A stretch of DNA of 64,000 bases from Oscillospiraceae bacterium (GTDB lineage Bacteria > Bacillota > Clostridia > Oscillospirales > Ruminococcaceae), in contig JAFQLH010000035.1 in the NCBI GenBank assembly GCA_017396665.1, forward strand, positions 3,206 through 67,205. Direction: 5' to 3'. Below are positions 26,171 to 37,860 of this stretch, piece after piece (the first letter of the stretch is position 1; each line of letters opens with the position of its first letter). The notes under the pieces were generated by a model, which saw nothing but the letters and a program-made list of their open reading frames with translations, searched no databases and was not told where the DNA came from. Both the position numbers and the translations under genes were made by a program.

Positions 26171-26851
26171 ATGAGCGGTATCCATAACGGTCATAGAGAA
26201 AGAATGCGTGAGAAATTTCTGAAGAACGGAATAGATGTGTTTGAGGAGCACGAGGTTCTCGAAATGCTCTTGTATTATGCTGTCCCAAGAGTTAATACAA
26301 ATGAGCTTGCACATGAGCTGCTCAGGAAGTTCAAAAGCATCTCAGGTGTATTTAACGCTCCGATTGACCTGCTTACTGAGTTTAAAGGTCTTTCACGTAC
26401 AGGTGCAACACTTTTGAAGCTTGTCCCAAGTATGCTGAGATTCTATCCTAAGGATTTGAAGTATGAAAACTTTGAATCAATAAAGGATTTCAAAGACTTT
26501 TTAGGACAAAGCTTCCGCGGTGAAACAAAGGAATGCTTTAAGGTTTGCTACCTGACCAACAACCTGCGTTTGCTGACTTTGGAAACGCTCGCAGTAGGAA
26601 ATGTGGACACTGTCCGACCCGACGTATCACGTATAGTTGAAATAGCACTTAAGTATGAATCAAAAGCAATCGTTATATCTCATAATCATCCGACAGCAAT
26701 ATCTCTGCCAAGTAATGAGGATATAGCTGTAACCCGTGAGCTTCAGAGAGCACTCGATATGTTCGGAATTAGAATTCTTGACCATATTATCGTGTCAGGA
26801 TACGGCGACGTTACATCTATGACGCAGTGCGGATATATGAGTATTTTGTAA
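26171..26851 (+). CDS. radC: RadC-family JAB/MPN domain protein
   Basis: 226 aa. The N-terminus GHRERMREKFLKNG...EVLEMLLYY and the SHNHPT (JAMM-like) motif are present. Confidence 0.85.
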   Translation: MSGIHNGHRERMREKFLKNGIDVFEEHEVLEMLLYYAVPRVNTNELAHELLRKFKSISGVFNAPIDLLTEFKGLSRTGATLLKLVPSMLRFYPKDLKYENFESIKDFKDFLGQSFRGETKECFKVCYLTNNLRLLTLETLAVGNVDTVRPDVSRIVEIALKYESKAIVISHNHPTAISLPSNEDIAVTRELQRALDMFGIRILDHIIVSGYGDVTSMTQCGYMSIL

Positions 26852-26870
26852 TATATAAAGAGGATAACCT

Positions 26871-28856
26871 GTGAAAAGATTAAAAGATAAATTTGAGCTT
26901 GTGTCAGATTATAAGCTGGCGGGAGACCAGGAGCAAGCTGTTGATAAGCTTGTCGAAGGTATTAATAAAGGTCTTAAGGAGCAAACACTTCTCGGTGTTA
27001 CCGGCTCAGGAAAGACATTTACAATGGCGAATGTTATTGCCCGTGTAAACCGTCCGACGCTTGTACTTGCACATAACAAAATTCTTGCAGCACAGCTTTG
27101 CTCTGAGTTCAAGGAGTTTTTCCCCGACAACTGCGTCGAATACTTTGTTTCCTATTATGATTATTATCAGCCGGAAGCATATATTCCGAGCAAGGATGTC
27201 TATATCGAAAAGGATAGCTCTATAAACGACGAGATTGATAAGCTAAGACACTCAGCAACAACAGCTATTGCCGAAAGACGTGACGTAATTATCGTTGCGT
27301 CTGTTTCGTGTATATACTCACTTGGCGACCCTGAAGAGTATAAGAGCATGGTTGTCTCAATAAGACAGGGTATGCAGAAGGAGCGTGACGAGCTCATTGC
27401 CCAGCTCGCAGGAATACAGTACGAAAGAAACGATATCGCCTTTGAAAGAAATAAGTTCAGAGTAAGGGGCGACGTCGTCGAGATATATCCCGCAAATGCA
27501 ACCGAGGAAGCTATCAGAGTAGAGTTCTTCGGCGACGAAATAGACAGAATCTGCGAGATAAATGTAGTGACAGGTGAGGTCTTGGCAAAGCTCTCGCATG
27601 TCGCAATTTTCCCTGCAAGCCACTATATCGTCGGCAGGGATAAAATGCGTGAAGCAATCGAGGATATCAGACAGGAGCTTGACGAAAGAGTCAGCTACTT
27701 TGAAGAACGTGATATGCTTATCGAGGCACAGCGTATTAAACAAAGAACAAATTATGATATGGAAATGCTCGAAGAGGTAGGCTTCTGCAGCGGTATCGAA
27801 AACTATTCAAGAGTCCTCGCAAGAAGACCTGCTGGCTCTCAGCCATATACACTTCTTGACCATCTTCCGAAAGATTTTCTCCTGCTTGTCGATGAATCGC
27901 ATGTAAGTATTCCGCAGGTAAGAGCAATGTATGCAGGCGACAGAGCAAGAAAAACAACGCTTGTCGATTACGGCTTCAGACTGCCGTCTGCCTTCGATAA
28001 CAGACCGTTGAAGTTTGATGAGTTCTATGAGCATATTTCTCAGGTTATATACACATCAGCAACTCCCGGCCCGTTTGAAAAGGAACACTCCGAGCAGACC
28101 GTTGAGCAAATCATCAGACCGACAGGACTGCTTGACCCTGTAATCGAAGTAAAGCCTACAACAGGTCAGATTGAAGACCTGCTGTCACAAATTAATATCC
28201 GTATCGAAAAGGAACAAAGAGTTCTCGTCACAACGCTTACAAAGAAAATGGCAGAGGATTTGACAGAGTACCTCAAGGGCTATGGTGTAAAGGTAAGATA
28301 TATGCACCACGATATAGATACAATCGAGCGTATGGAAATCATAAGAGACCTGCGACTCGGTGAGTTTGACGTGCTCGTGGGAATCAATCTTCTGAGAGAA
28401 GGTCTCGACCTTCCCGAAGTGTCGCTTGTCGCTATCCTGGATGCCGATAAGGAAGGTTTCCTGCGTTCTGAAAGCTCGCTTATTCAAACAATAGGCAGAG
28501 CCGCAAGAAATGCAGAGGGTACAGTAATTATGTATGCTGACGAGGTTACAGGCTCTATGGAGCGTGCTATATCCGAAACAGAACGCCGCCGTGAGATTCA
28601 GATGAAATTCAACGAGGAACACGGTATCGTTCCTAAAACTATAAAGAAGGACATCAGAGATGTCATAGAAATCTCCTCTAAGGAAGAGGTAGAGTATTCA
28701 GCAAGACAAAAGAGTAAGCTATCAAAGAGGGAAACACTCGCCCTCATCGACAAGCTTACAAAACAAATGAAGGAAGCCGCAAAAATGCTCGAGTTCGAGC
28801 ATGCCGCTTTTCTGCGTGATAAGATTGCACAGCTTCGTGGTGAAGCAGAAAAGTAA
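26871..28856 (+). CDS. uvrB: Excinuclease ABC subunit B
   Basis: 661 aa with a GTG start. It has GDQEQAV, a [12 protein letters not shown] Walker A, helicase motifs, and a C-terminal UVR domain ([16 protein letters not shown]). Confidence 0.95.
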   Translation: MKRLKDKFELVSDYKLAGDQEQAVDKLVEGINKGLKEQTLLGVTGSGKTFTMANVIARVNRPTLVLAHNKILAAQLCSEFKEFFPDNCVEYFVSYYDYYQPEAYIPSKDVYIEKDSSINDEIDKLRHSATTAIAERRDVIIVASVSCIYSLGDPEEYKSMVVSIRQGMQKERDELIAQLAGIQYERNDIAFERNKFRVRGDVVEIYPANATEEAIRVEFFGDEIDRICEINVVTGEVLAKLSHVAIFPASHYIVGRDKMREAIEDIRQELDERVSYFEERDMLIEAQRIKQRTNYDMEMLEEVGFCSGIENYSRVLARRPAGSQPYTLLDHLPKDFLLLVDESHVSIPQVRAMYAGDRARKTTLVDYGFRLPSAFDNRPLKFDEFYEHISQVIYTSATPGPFEKEHSEQTVEQIIRPTGLLDPVIEVKPTTGQIEDLLSQINIRIEKEQRVLVTTLTKKMAEDLTEYLKGYGVKVRYMHHDIDTIERMEIIRDLRLGEFDVLVGINLLREGLDLPEVSLVAILDADKEGFLRSESSLIQTIGRAARNAEGTVIMYADEVTGSMERAISETERRREIQMKFNEEHGIVPKTIKKDIRDVIEISSKEEVEYSARQKSKLSKRETLALIDKLTKQMKEAAKMLEFEHAAFLRDKIAQLRGEAEK

Positions 28857-28886
28857 GTTTTGCAGCTTAACGAAAGGTAAACTTTT

Positions 28887-31709
28887 ATGCAAAGTAAAGA
28901 AATTGTTATTAAGGGTGCAAGAGAGCATAACCTCAAGAATATCAGTATAACACTGCCAAGAGACAAGCTCATCGTTATGACGGGTCTCTCAGGCTCGGGA
29001 AAATCCTCGCTTGCATTCGATACTATCTATGCAGACGGTCAAAGAAGATATGTCGAAAGCCTGTCATCATATGCAAGAATGTTTTTAGGACAGATGGACA
29101 AGCCGGATGTCGATACAATCGAAGGACTATCTCCTGCTATCTCAATCGACCAGAAAACAACCTCTAAAAACCCACGCTCAACAGTCGGTACAGTAACAGA
29201 AATTTACGACTATCTCAGACTTCTCTACGCAAGAATAGGCGTGCCGCATTGCCCTGTCTGCGGAAGGGAAATAAGACAGCAGTCAGTAGACCAGATTGTC
29301 GATAAAATCTTAGAGCTTCCTGAAGGTACAAAGCTCCAGCTTTTAGCTCCGATTGCCAGAGGTAAGAAGGGTGAGTATCAGAAGGAGCTTGATAATGCAA
29401 GACGTTCAGGCTATGTCAGAGTGAGAATCGACGGTATAACCTATGACCTCTCTGAGAAGATTAAGTCTGAAAAGAATAAGAAGCATAACATTGATATAAT
29501 CGTAGACAGAATTATTATCAAGGAAGGCATAAGGTCAAGAATTACAGACAGTATTGAAGTGATTTCAGCACTCACAGGCGGACTTATCGGAGTCGATGTC
29601 ATAGACGGAGAGGAAATGCTCTTTTCACAAAGCTATGCCTGCCCCGAGCATAACATCTCTATCGAGGAGCTGAATCCGAGAATGTTCTCCTTCAACAGCC
29701 CGTTCGGTGCTTGTAAGAAGTGTTCAGGACTCGGCGTGTTCAAAAAGCTTGACCCCGACCTCATCATCCCTAATAAGAACCTGTCTATAATGCAAGGCGC
29801 TATCAAAGCAAGCGGCTGGAACAGCCTCGACGATAGCTCTATAGCGATGATGTATTTCAGAGGCATCTCAAAGAAGTATAAAATCGACCTCAATACTCCC
29901 GTGAAGGACCTGCCACAAGAGGCAATAGATATTTTTCTCTACGGAACAATGGGTCAGAAGCTCGACCTTGAAAGAAAAACAGAGTTCGGCTCAAGTAAGT
30001 ATACAGCAGAGTTTGAGGGCGTTGTGACAAACCTCGAAAGACGTTATAACGAAACCACAAGCGAGTGGTCAAGAGCAGATATCGAAAGCTGTATGTCTGA
30101 GGAAAACTGCCCCGACTGTAAGGGACAAAGACTCAGTCCGGAAACACTCTCTGTAACAGTCGGAGATAAAAACATCGCACAGCTTTGTGACCTGTCTGTT
30201 TCCGATGCGCTGAAATTCTTTGAAAACTTAAAGCTCACCGAAAAGGAAATGCTCATAGGTGAAAGAATTATCAAGGAAATAAATGCAAGACTGGGATTTC
30301 TGCAGAGCGTCGGTCTTGAGTATCTCACACTCTCAAGGTCAGCAGGTACTCTGTCAGGCGGCGAAAGTCAGAGAATCAGACTTGCGACACAAATTGGCTC
30401 ATCGCTCGTAGGCGTCCTCTATATCCTTGACGAGCCGTCAATAGGTCTCCACCAGAGAGATAACGATAAGCTCATCGCTACACTCCGCCACCTTCGTGAT
30501 ATAGGAAATACCCTCATCGTTGTAGAGCATGACGAGGATACAATGCGTAGCGCAGACCATATTGTCGATATCGGTCCGGGACCAGGCGTCCACGGCGGCG
30601 AAATCGTAGCACAGGGAACCATCGACGATATTATCAAAGCGGAAAGGTCTGTTACGGGTCAGTACCTCAGCGGCAAACGTAAAATTCCTGTCCCCGAAAC
30701 AAGGAGAAAGGGTAGCGGCGAGTTCCTCACGGTTGTCGGTGCAAAGCAGAATAACCTCAAGAACATTACCGTAAAAATCCCACTAGGTACATTTACCGCA
30801 GTAACAGGCGTTTCAGGAAGCGGAAAATCAAGCCTTGTCAATGAAATAATCTATAAGGAGCTTGCCGCAAGACTCAACAGAGCTAAAACGCATTCCGGTA
30901 AGTTCGATGATATACTCGGTGTGGATAAGCTGGATAAGGTAATAAGCATCGACCAGTCGCCGATAGGCAGAACGCCACGCTCTAACCCCGCAACCTATAC
31001 AGGCGTTTTCAATGACATCAGAGACTTGTATGCCGAAACAGCAGATGCTAAAATGAAGGGCTACGGAGCAGGAAGATTCTCCTTCAACGTGCGAGGCGGA
31101 AGATGTGAATCCTGCCAGGGTGACGGTATAATCAAAATAGAAATGCACTTTTTGCCTGACGTTTATGTGCCTTGTGAGGTGTGTGGCGGAAAACGCTTCA
31201 ACAGAGAAACACTTGAGGTAAAGTATAAGGGCAAGAATATCTATGATGTCCTCGAAATGACCGTAGAGGAAGGAATGGAATTTTTCAAGAATCACCCGAA
31301 AATCGAAAGAAAGCTCCGTACTCTCTATGAGGTAGGCCTCGGATATATAAAGATTGGCCAGCCCGCTACAACTCTCTCAGGCGGTGAAGCACAGAGAGTT
31401 AAGCTTGCAACAGAGCTCTCAAAAAGAAGCACAGGCAGAACCTTCTATATCCTCGACGAGCCGACAACAGGACTCCATACTGCCGATGTCCATAAGCTCG
31501 TAGAAGTCCTCCATAGACTTTGCGACGGCGGAAATACTGTTCTTGTTATCGAGCATAACCTCGACGTTATCAAAACTGCCGACCACATCATTGACATAGG
31601 TCCAGAGGGTGGAGATAAGGGCGGCAATATCGTCGCAGAAGGAACTCCCGAGCAGATTGCAAGATGCAAGAGCTCCTATACAGGTGAGTACCTAAAAAAA
31701 TATCTTTAG
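28887..31709 (+). CDS. uvrA: Excinuclease ABC subunit A
   Basis: 940 aa with [17 protein letters not shown], two ABC modules (LSGGESQR and LSGGEAQR) and zinc-finger CxxC pairs. Confidence 0.95.
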   Translation: MQSKEIVIKGAREHNLKNISITLPRDKLIVMTGLSGSGKSSLAFDTIYADGQRRYVESLSSYARMFLGQMDKPDVDTIEGLSPAISIDQKTTSKNPRSTVGTVTEIYDYLRLLYARIGVPHCPVCGREIRQQSVDQIVDKILELPEGTKLQLLAPIARGKKGEYQKELDNARRSGYVRVRIDGITYDLSEKIKSEKNKKHNIDIIVDRIIIKEGIRSRITDSIEVISALTGGLIGVDVIDGEEMLFSQSYACPEHNISIEELNPRMFSFNSPFGACKKCSGLGVFKKLDPDLIIPNKNLSIMQGAIKASGWNSLDDSSIAMMYFRGISKKYKIDLNTPVKDLPQEAIDIFLYGTMGQKLDLERKTEFGSSKYTAEFEGVVTNLERRYNETTSEWSRADIESCMSEENCPDCKGQRLSPETLSVTVGDKNIAQLCDLSVSDALKFFENLKLTEKEMLIGERIIKEINARLGFLQSVGLEYLTLSRSAGTLSGGESQRIRLATQIGSSLVGVLYILDEPSIGLHQRDNDKLIATLRHLRDIGNTLIVVEHDEDTMRSADHIVDIGPGPGVHGGEIVAQGTIDDIIKAERSVTGQYLSGKRKIPVPETRRKGSGEFLTVVGAKQNNLKNITVKIPLGTFTAVTGVSGSGKSSLVNEIIYKELAARLNRAKTHSGKFDDILGVDKLDKVISIDQSPIGRTPRSNPATYTGVFNDIRDLYAETADAKMKGYGAGRFSFNVRGGRCESCQGDGIIKIEMHFLPDVYVPCEVCGGKRFNRETLEVKYKGKNIYDVLEMTVEEGMEFFKNHPKIERKLRTLYEVGLGYIKIGQPATTLSGGEAQRVKLATELSKRSTGRTFYILDEPTTGLHTADVHKLVEVLHRLCDGGNTVLVIEHNLDVIKTADHIIDIGPEGGDKGGNIVAEGTPEQIARCKSSYTGEYLKKYL

Positions 31710-31731
31710 TATTTTTGTATCAAAATCTATA

Positions 31732-31771
31732 AAACGCATCGTCTGATATCACTCAAACGGTGCGTTTTTTG
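31732..31771 (+). terminator. Rho-independent terminator after uvrA
   Basis: aacgcatcg, a 16-nt loop, then cggtgcgtt (9 bp with one G:U pair), followed by tttttgtgctttt. Confidence 0.6.
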
Positions 31772-31815
31772 TGCTTTTATCCAATATAAAGGCTAGTATT
31801 TCGTTAAAAATAGTA

Positions 31816-31844
31816 TAGACAAAGAGCTTTAAATGTATTATAAT
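31816..31844 (+). promoter_or_regulatory. Candidate promoter for rsmD-coaD: TAGACA-17-TATAAT
   Basis: tagaca aagagctttaaatgtat tataat. A second TATAAT lies 14 nt downstream. Confidence 0.4.
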
Positions 31845-31914
31845 ATATAGTGTATAATTGTGTTTAAATGAAATGGAAGGAGAACTGCGTCGGATTGACG
31901 TGGTGTAATATATT

Positions 31915-32466
31915 ATGAGAGTCATAACAGGTGAAGCAAGAGGGAAGAAGCTTCTGACACTCGAGGGTGATGAAGTAACACGCCCAACAACCGATATGGT
32001 CAAGGAGTCAATCTTCTCAATAATACAGTTTGACGTGCCGGGTGCAACAGTTCTCGATTTGTATGCAGGAAGCGGACAGCTCGGTATCGAAGCAATCAGC
32101 AGAGGCGCATCGCATTGTGTTTTCGTTGAGAACAACAGAGATGCACTCAGCGTGGTTAAAGAGAATGTTCTTTCCTGTAAGTTTACCGACAGAGCAAGAA
32201 TTCTTAATATGGATGCCGCAGAGTATCTGAAAATTGCTAAGAAAGAGGTCGACATTGCCTTTGTTGACCCACCGTACAGAAACGGAATCATCGAAAAGAT
32301 AATGCCACAGCTCGAAAAGATTATGAGCGACAGGGGAATAGTTGTCTGTGAGCATGAAAAGGAGCTTGAGCTCCCCGAAAGCTACGGCAGCCTTGTGAAG
32401 AAGAAAACCTATAAGTACGGAAAAATCTCGCTTACAGTGTATAGAAAACCGGAAACGGAGGAGTGA
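31915..32466 (+). CDS. rsmD: 16S rRNA (guanine966-N2)-methyltransferase
   Basis: 183 aa with MRVITGEARGKKL, LDLYAGSGQLGIEA (SAM motif) and FVDPPY. Confidence 0.9.
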   Translation: MRVITGEARGKKLLTLEGDEVTRPTTDMVKESIFSIIQFDVPGATVLDLYAGSGQLGIEAISRGASHCVFVENNRDALSVVKENVLSCKFTDRARILNMDAAEYLKIAKKEVDIAFVDPPYRNGIIEKIMPQLEKIMSDRGIVVCEHEKELELPESYGSLVKKKTYKYGKISLTVYRKPETEE

Positions 32467-32470
32467 TAAA

Positions 32471-32962
32471 ATGAGAAAAATAGCTGTTTGTCCGGGAAGC
32501 TTTGACCCTATAACACTCGGACACCTCGATATCATTGAGCGTGCAGCTTCATTGTTTGAGAAGGTTATTGTCCTCGTTTCTTTCAATACCCAGAAAACTC
32601 CGTCGTTCTCGGTTGAGGAAAGAATAGAAATGATAAACCGTGTCGTTAAGGGCATGGATAACGTCGTTGTTGACTGCTGGGACGGACTATTGGCTGACTA
32701 CCTGAAGGAAAGACAGGCAACAGCTATCATCAAGGGCCTGCGAGCAGTCACAGACTTTGAGTATGAGTTTTCTATGGCTCTTGCCAACAAGAAGCTTTAT
32801 GACGGTGCCGAAACGGTTTTCCTCACAACAAGCGAGCAGAACCTCTACCTCAGCTCAAGTCTCGTTAAGGAAATCGCAAGATTCGGCGGAGATATAAGTA
32901 GCTTTGTGCCTGAACAGGTGCACGATATAATAACCGACAGACTTAAAAGAAATAAAAATTAA
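32471..32962 (+). CDS. coaD: Pantetheine-phosphate adenylyltransferase
   Basis: 163 aa with AVCPGSFDPITLGHLDII (T/HxGH motif) and ISSSLVKEI. Confidence 0.95.
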   Translation: MRKIAVCPGSFDPITLGHLDIIERAASLFEKVIVLVSFNTQKTPSFSVEERIEMINRVVKGMDNVVVDCWDGLLADYLKERQATAIIKGLRAVTDFEYEFSMALANKKLYDGAETVFLTTSEQNLYLSSSLVKEIARFGGDISSFVPEQVHDIITDRLKRNKN

Positions 32963-32977
32963 AAGGAGAAGATGTAA

Positions 32978-33442
32978 ATGACAATTGATGAAATCCTCGA
33001 TTTGATGGACGATATGCTTGATAACGCAAGTCCTGTAATGTTCAACAGCAAAAAGGTAACAATTGAAGTCGACAAGATGCGTGAGTTTATTGACAATATG
33101 CGTTACAATATGCCTCCTGAAATCAAGAGAGCAAAGGAAACTCTTGCCGACAGAGCAAAGATAATTGCTGATGCCAATAAGAAGGCTGAGGAAATTGTCG
33201 CTAAGGCTGAGGAGAGAGCAAAGATTCTTGTTGCTAATGACGCAATTACAAAGAAGGCTAGAGAAATTGCGAACGATATTACAGCCCAGGCATATAAGAT
33301 GGATAGGGAAATCAAGAATGCCCTCTCGCAGAATATGTCTGAAATGCTTGAAATGACAGAAAGAGCACTTATCAGAAATCTCAATGATATCAGAGAAACA
33401 AAGCTTGCGGTAAAGGAAGCAGCAAAGCCTAAGAAGAAATAG
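32978..33442 (+). CDS. Hypothetical coiled-coil protein (ATP-synthase-b-like repeats)
   Basis: 154 aa rich in A/K/E heptad-like sequence (KKAEEIVAKAEERAKILVAND...). It has no TM segment. Confidence 0.55.
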   Translation: MTIDEILDLMDDMLDNASPVMFNSKKVTIEVDKMREFIDNMRYNMPPEIKRAKETLADRAKIIADANKKAEEIVAKAEERAKILVANDAITKKAREIANDITAQAYKMDREIKNALSQNMSEMLEMTERALIRNLNDIRETKLAVKEAAKPKKK

Positions 33443-33515
33443 TAAGTTTTATAATGCCCGTTGCTGATTACGGCTTCGGGCATTAATTATCTTGATTTTC
33501 GCAGAGGTGTCAAGT

Positions 33516-36275
33516 ATGAGTAGAGTCAGAAGAATCTATTCAATGGACAAGGACTGGTCATTCCGTATAGGAGAAATCGAGGAGGGTATCGAAAATGCCC
33601 ACTGCGATATATACAGCCATTCCAAAGCAGGCTCGTGCAGAGGTGTGCCTAAAGCCGCATTTAACGTAAGCGGTTGGGAAACTGTAACTCTGCCGCACGA
33701 CTGGTCTGTCAAAACAGCTTTCGATAAAAATGCAACTGCCTCATGGGGCTATAAAACAAAAGGCAACGCCTGGTACAGAAAAGCGTTCTACCTGGATGAA
33801 AGCTTTGATAATAAACAGCTTTTGCTTACCTTTGACGGCGTAGCAAAGAACGCAACCGTATATTTCAACGGCTCAGTGCTAAAGCGAAATTATACCTCGT
33901 ATGCACCGTTTTGTGTCGATATCACAGACAGAGCACACTTCGGTGGCGAGCCTAACGTGCTCGCTGTCTACGTCGAAGCAAACGGCTGGGAAGGCTGGTG
34001 GTATGAGGGCGCAGGAATTTACAGACACGTTACCCTCGAAGTAAAGGATAAAACCTGTGTTGCAAGATACGGGGTGTTTGTAAAGCCTGAGAAGCAACAG
34101 GACTGCGACGACTGGAACGTCATCGTAGAGATAACCCTTAACAACCATTCTTATGATGACGATGATGTAGAAGTAACTGCGGAGATTTTCGACGAGTATA
34201 ATAATCCCGTTGTTGTAGCAACGGAAAAGGTCGATATAAAAGCATATTCCGATAAAACGCTTACGCTCTCGGGAGTGTGCAGCAGCCCGAACCTGTGGGA
34301 TATAGATTCACCGCATATGTATAAATGTCTCGTTTCAATTTCAAGAAACGGCGAGTGCGTTGACGACGAGGAGGTTTCCTTCGGCTTCAGAACAATCGAG
34401 GTGTCTGCTGAAAAAGGCTTTTTCTTGAACGGCAGAAGCGTCAAGCTCTACGGCACCTGTAACCACCAGGACCACGGCGGAATAGGTGTCGCAGTTCCCG
34501 ACAGCCTCCACGAGTACAGAATAAAGAAGCTCAAAAGCATGGGCTCAAATGCGTACAGATGTGCACACGGTATGCCGCATAAGGAGCTTCTGGATGCCTG
34601 TGATAAGCTTGGCATGCTCGTTATGGATGAAAACAGAAACTTCGAAACCGGCGACGACTACCTCTGTCACCTCAGAGAAATGGTGCTCAGAGACAGAAAC
34701 CATCCCAGCGTTGTGATGTATTCTCTGTTTAACGAAGAACCTCTCCAGTCCGGCTATGACGGTCAAAGAATGGTTAGGCATATGCGTGCCGAGGTACATA
34801 AGCTCGACAATACACGATTCGTTACGGGTGCAATGCACGGCGGCGTACTCGAAGACAGCGGTGCTGCTTCTGCCCTCGATATCTGCGGAATAAACTATCA
34901 GATGTGGACCTATAACGAGTTCCCGAAGAAGTTTCCGGATGTTCCTGTTGTCGCTTCCGAAACAACCTCATATTTTGCGGTAAGAGGCTGCCTTGAAACA
35001 GACCTTAACAATAATCTCCTAAGCGACTATGACGAGGAATCTTCAGACTGGGGAGCAACTGTCCGCCGTACCTGGCAGGAAATTATGCCAAGAGATTATA
35101 TCATGGGCGGATTTATGTGGACAGGCTTTGATTATCTCGGCGAACCAACGCCTTGCGTCTGGCCGTCTGTGTCAAGCTTCTTTGGTATGATGGACGTCTG
35201 CGGCTTTGAAAAGAGCGGATATTGGGTAAGTAAAGCTATTTTCTCAAAGGAACCTGTCTGCCACCTTCTCCCGCATTGGAATCATAAGGGCAAGGAAGGA
35301 AAGCCGATTAAGGTTATGTCCTGCACTAACTGCCCACAGGCAGAGCTTTTCCTGAATGGTACTTCGCTTGGTGTCAAGCAAGTAGATAAGCTCCACCAGA
35401 CCTGCTGGGAAGTGCCCTTTGAAGAGGGCGAGATAAGGCTTGTCGGATATGACGAAAGAGGGAAAACTCTCGCAGAGCATACTGTCGTTACTTCAGGCGA
35501 AGTCGTTGCAATTAAGGTTCTCCCATCAGAGAATACAATCTATAACGACGGTACCGATGCTATACCTGTAGATTTCATAGCTGTCGATGAAATCGGCAAT
35601 GAGGTCTATGACGCAAACTTTATTATCAATATCTACGCAAACGGCGGAGAGATTCTCGGAACATCAAACGGTAATCCTAACTGCCACGAGCCTTTTGATA
35701 GTCCGAAGAGAAGTATTTTCAACGGCAGATGTCAGGCGATTGTCCGTTGTAATGCAGGCTCAGAAAAGCTCATAGTGGGCTGTACCTGCGATGAGTATAA
35801 GCTTGATTGCTCAGCGGTTGTTGATTGTCAGCCAAGAGTAACAATGACCACAATCGAAAGCGTAAATGAGATATATCTGTCTGACTGGAAGCTTTCTTCA
35901 GAGCTTTCTGATGAAAAGCCCGACGCTGGTATCAGAATAAGCGATAGTGATATGAACACTATGGAGCCTGTAAGCGTTTTTGAAACTACGGGTAAATTCT
36001 ATAAGAACGTCGGAAAATATGGTTTGTACAGATGTACAGCAAACATTCCCGAAACGCTCGGTGATACCCCATGTACAATAAAGTTCTATTCGCTCTGGGG
36101 AGAATGTGACGTCTGGATAGGCGGAAAGCTTGTCGCTCAGCTTAATAATTACTGGGCAGAGCCGCTTGAAATCCCTGTAACACAGGAGCTTATAGGTAAA
36201 AAAGAAATTTCAGTTGTCGTGAAATGCATAAATGAATCAGGTGCAGGAATCGGCGGCGGTGTTGTAATAAGATAA
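33516..36275 (+). CDS. Glycoside hydrolase family 2 protein (beta-galactosidase/glucuronidase-like), cytoplasmic
   Basis: About 919 aa. It has the GH2 sugar-binding N-terminal pattern (WYRK, DGV...VYFNG), NHPSVVMYSLFNEE (acid/base) and SETTS. The start is set to ATG 33516 (MSRVRRIYS), 7 nt after a GAGGTG RBS. The track uses TTG 33492. Confidence 0.85.
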   Translation: MSRVRRIYSMDKDWSFRIGEIEEGIENAHCDIYSHSKAGSCRGVPKAAFNVSGWETVTLPHDWSVKTAFDKNATASWGYKTKGNAWYRKAFYLDESFDNKQLLLTFDGVAKNATVYFNGSVLKRNYTSYAPFCVDITDRAHFGGEPNVLAVYVEANGWEGWWYEGAGIYRHVTLEVKDKTCVARYGVFVKPEKQQDCDDWNVIVEITLNNHSYDDDDVEVTAEIFDEYNNPVVVATEKVDIKAYSDKTLTLSGVCSSPNLWDIDSPHMYKCLVSISRNGECVDDEEVSFGFRTIEVSAEKGFFLNGRSVKLYGTCNHQDHGGIGVAVPDSLHEYRIKKLKSMGSNAYRCAHGMPHKELLDACDKLGMLVMDENRNFETGDDYLCHLREMVLRDRNHPSVVMYSLFNEEPLQSGYDGQRMVRHMRAEVHKLDNTRFVTGAMHGGVLEDSGAASALDICGINYQMWTYNEFPKKFPDVPVVASETTSYFAVRGCLETDLNNNLLSDYDEESSDWGATVRRTWQEIMPRDYIMGGFMWTGFDYLGEPTPCVWPSVSSFFGMMDVCGFEKSGYWVSKAIFSKEPVCHLLPHWNHKGKEGKPIKVMSCTNCPQAELFLNGTSLGVKQVDKLHQTCWEVPFEEGEIRLVGYDERGKTLAEHTVVTSGEVVAIKVLPSENTIYNDGTDAIPVDFIAVDEIGNEVYDANFIINIYANGGEILGTSNGNPNCHEPFDSPKRSIFNGRCQAIVRCNAGSEKLIVGCTCDEYKLDCSAVVDCQPRVTMTTIESVNEIYLSDWKLSSELSDEKPDAGIRISDSDMNTMEPVSVFETTGKFYKNVGKYGLYRCTANIPETLGDTPCTIKFYSLWGECDVWIGGKLVAQLNNYWAEPLEIPVTQELIGKKEISVVVKCINESGAGIGGGVVIR

Positions 36276-36293
36276 ATATCGGAGGTAAATTGT

Positions 36294-37730
36294 ATGTCAG
36301 AATTTAAAGCCTACTCAATAAAAATGGGTCCCGCAAAGTGTGCGGTGGACCTCGGAGACGGCTCCGAAAGAGGCGAGTATGTAAACCAGGATTATATCCT
36401 CAATAAGATGGGAAGACCGCACCGTTCCATCAGTCTTATGTACTGCTACTATCCTTATGATGAGCAGTGGCCGGGAAGAATCTCAGAGGTTATGAAGGAT
36501 GCAAACGTTTCTTTCCAGTGGGATTATCCCTATGACGACTACTTCACATATAAGGGCGGTCTCGGCGGAAGCTTGGAAGATGAGCCATTCAACTATATGA
36601 GAGATGTAAGACGTCACGGACAGGATGTTACCCTTACTCTTACAATGGACCCACACCTCGACGATGAAAGAATTATCGCAATCGCAAAGGATTTGAGAAC
36701 CTTCGGCAGATTGTTCCTCAGAGTCAATCACGAAGCAACAGGTAACTGGTTCTCATTCAACAAGAGAGCAAGCTACCAGGAGGTCGCAGACTTCTTCTGC
36801 AAGGTTACAAGAATTGTCCACGAATATGCTCCGAATGTAAAGCTCATTCTCTGTATCGACGGTGCTAGAAGAACTGATGCAACCGAAATCGAAATGGAGA
36901 AGGAATTTGCTCAGGCAGTAAGAGAAACAGATATCTTCTCTGTCGATAAGTATATGGCACTCCATTGGGGCTGGCCTTACGACGTCGCTGAAACAGGCGG
37001 AAATACCCACTCAAGAAGCCTTGTAAGAAATGTTTACGATATGACAAAGCTCTCCTGTGAGCTTTTCACAAAAATTTGTGACGGACAGAGAAAGCCTATG
37101 GTAATGAGTGAGTTCAATGCCGACGGTGATGTTACAGGTCCATATGACCAGTGTGAAATGGTAAAGGAATTCTGCGACAGACTTAAGGCTGAAAACGCAG
37201 ACTGGTTCTCAGGCTTTACCTTCTACCAGTTCAGAGACAGAGGCAGACTCGGTCTGGAAATCCAGGACGTAAATAATCCGGATGTCGGTATCGAACAGCC
37301 TGTTATGAAAACATATAAGGAGATTATCCACGACAATTACTTTAGGCCTAGTATGACACAGGGCGAAGAGCTTTCATTCCCTGTGAAGCTCCGCTGGGGC
37401 TCAAGTGAGGACGCTGAGGGTATCAGTGTTCCTATCCACTTTGAAAAGAATCCTCACTTCTGTGAACTCTATTTCGAGGACGACTCAAACCTTATGATTG
37501 AGCTTGGCGGAAAGTGGTTCTATAAGTCACCAAACGCTAAGTTTGTTGACCTTATGCCTGCGTTCTTTGAAAAGCCAATTGACGGCGAGTGCGATATGAC
37601 ACTTAAGATTTTTGCACCTCCTGCCAGCGGAGAAAATGACCTTAGTATTGAGGACGGAATGTTCAATACCTACGCAACAATCGAAAAGCTCCCTAAAATT
37701 AGAATACTCTATACACCTGTTGAAAAGTAA
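36294..37730 (+). CDS. Hypothetical glycoside-hydrolase-like protein (GH26-like HE..G.WF motif), cytoplasmic
   Basis: 478 aa. LRVNHEATGNWFSF resembles the GH26 RPxHExNGxWFWW acid/base motif, and VMSEFNADG is a candidate nucleophile. The assignment is tentative. Confidence 0.5.
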   Translation: MSEFKAYSIKMGPAKCAVDLGDGSERGEYVNQDYILNKMGRPHRSISLMYCYYPYDEQWPGRISEVMKDANVSFQWDYPYDDYFTYKGGLGGSLEDEPFNYMRDVRRHGQDVTLTLTMDPHLDDERIIAIAKDLRTFGRLFLRVNHEATGNWFSFNKRASYQEVADFFCKVTRIVHEYAPNVKLILCIDGARRTDATEIEMEKEFAQAVRETDIFSVDKYMALHWGWPYDVAETGGNTHSRSLVRNVYDMTKLSCELFTKICDGQRKPMVMSEFNADGDVTGPYDQCEMVKEFCDRLKAENADWFSGFTFYQFRDRGRLGLEIQDVNNPDVGIEQPVMKTYKEIIHDNYFRPSMTQGEELSFPVKLRWGSSEDAEGISVPIHFEKNPHFCELYFEDDSNLMIELGGKWFYKSPNAKFVDLMPAFFEKPIDGECDMTLKIFAPPASGENDLSIEDGMFNTYATIEKLPKIRILYTPVEK

Positions 37731-37735
37731 CCCGG

Positions 37736-37764
37736 AAAGCCGATGCAAAAGCGTCGGCTTTTTG
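37736..37764 (+). terminator. Rho-independent terminator
   Basis: aagccgatgc-aaaa-gcgtcggctt forms a 10-bp stem with one G:U pair, followed by tttgtcttg. Confidence 0.75.
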
Positions 37765-37786
37765 TCTTGTTAAAAGTATAAAATGA

Positions 37787-37815
37787 TTGACTAAGTATAC
37801 CTTTTGTGATATAAT
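37787..37815 (+). promoter_or_regulatory. Promoter for manA-glcK: TTGACT-17-TGaTATAAT
   Basis: ttgact aagtataccttttgtga tataat, an extended -10. Confidence 0.65.
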
Positions 37816-37860
37816 TATAAGGAATATGAATAAATAATTCTAAGCATTGGAGATGGCGTA

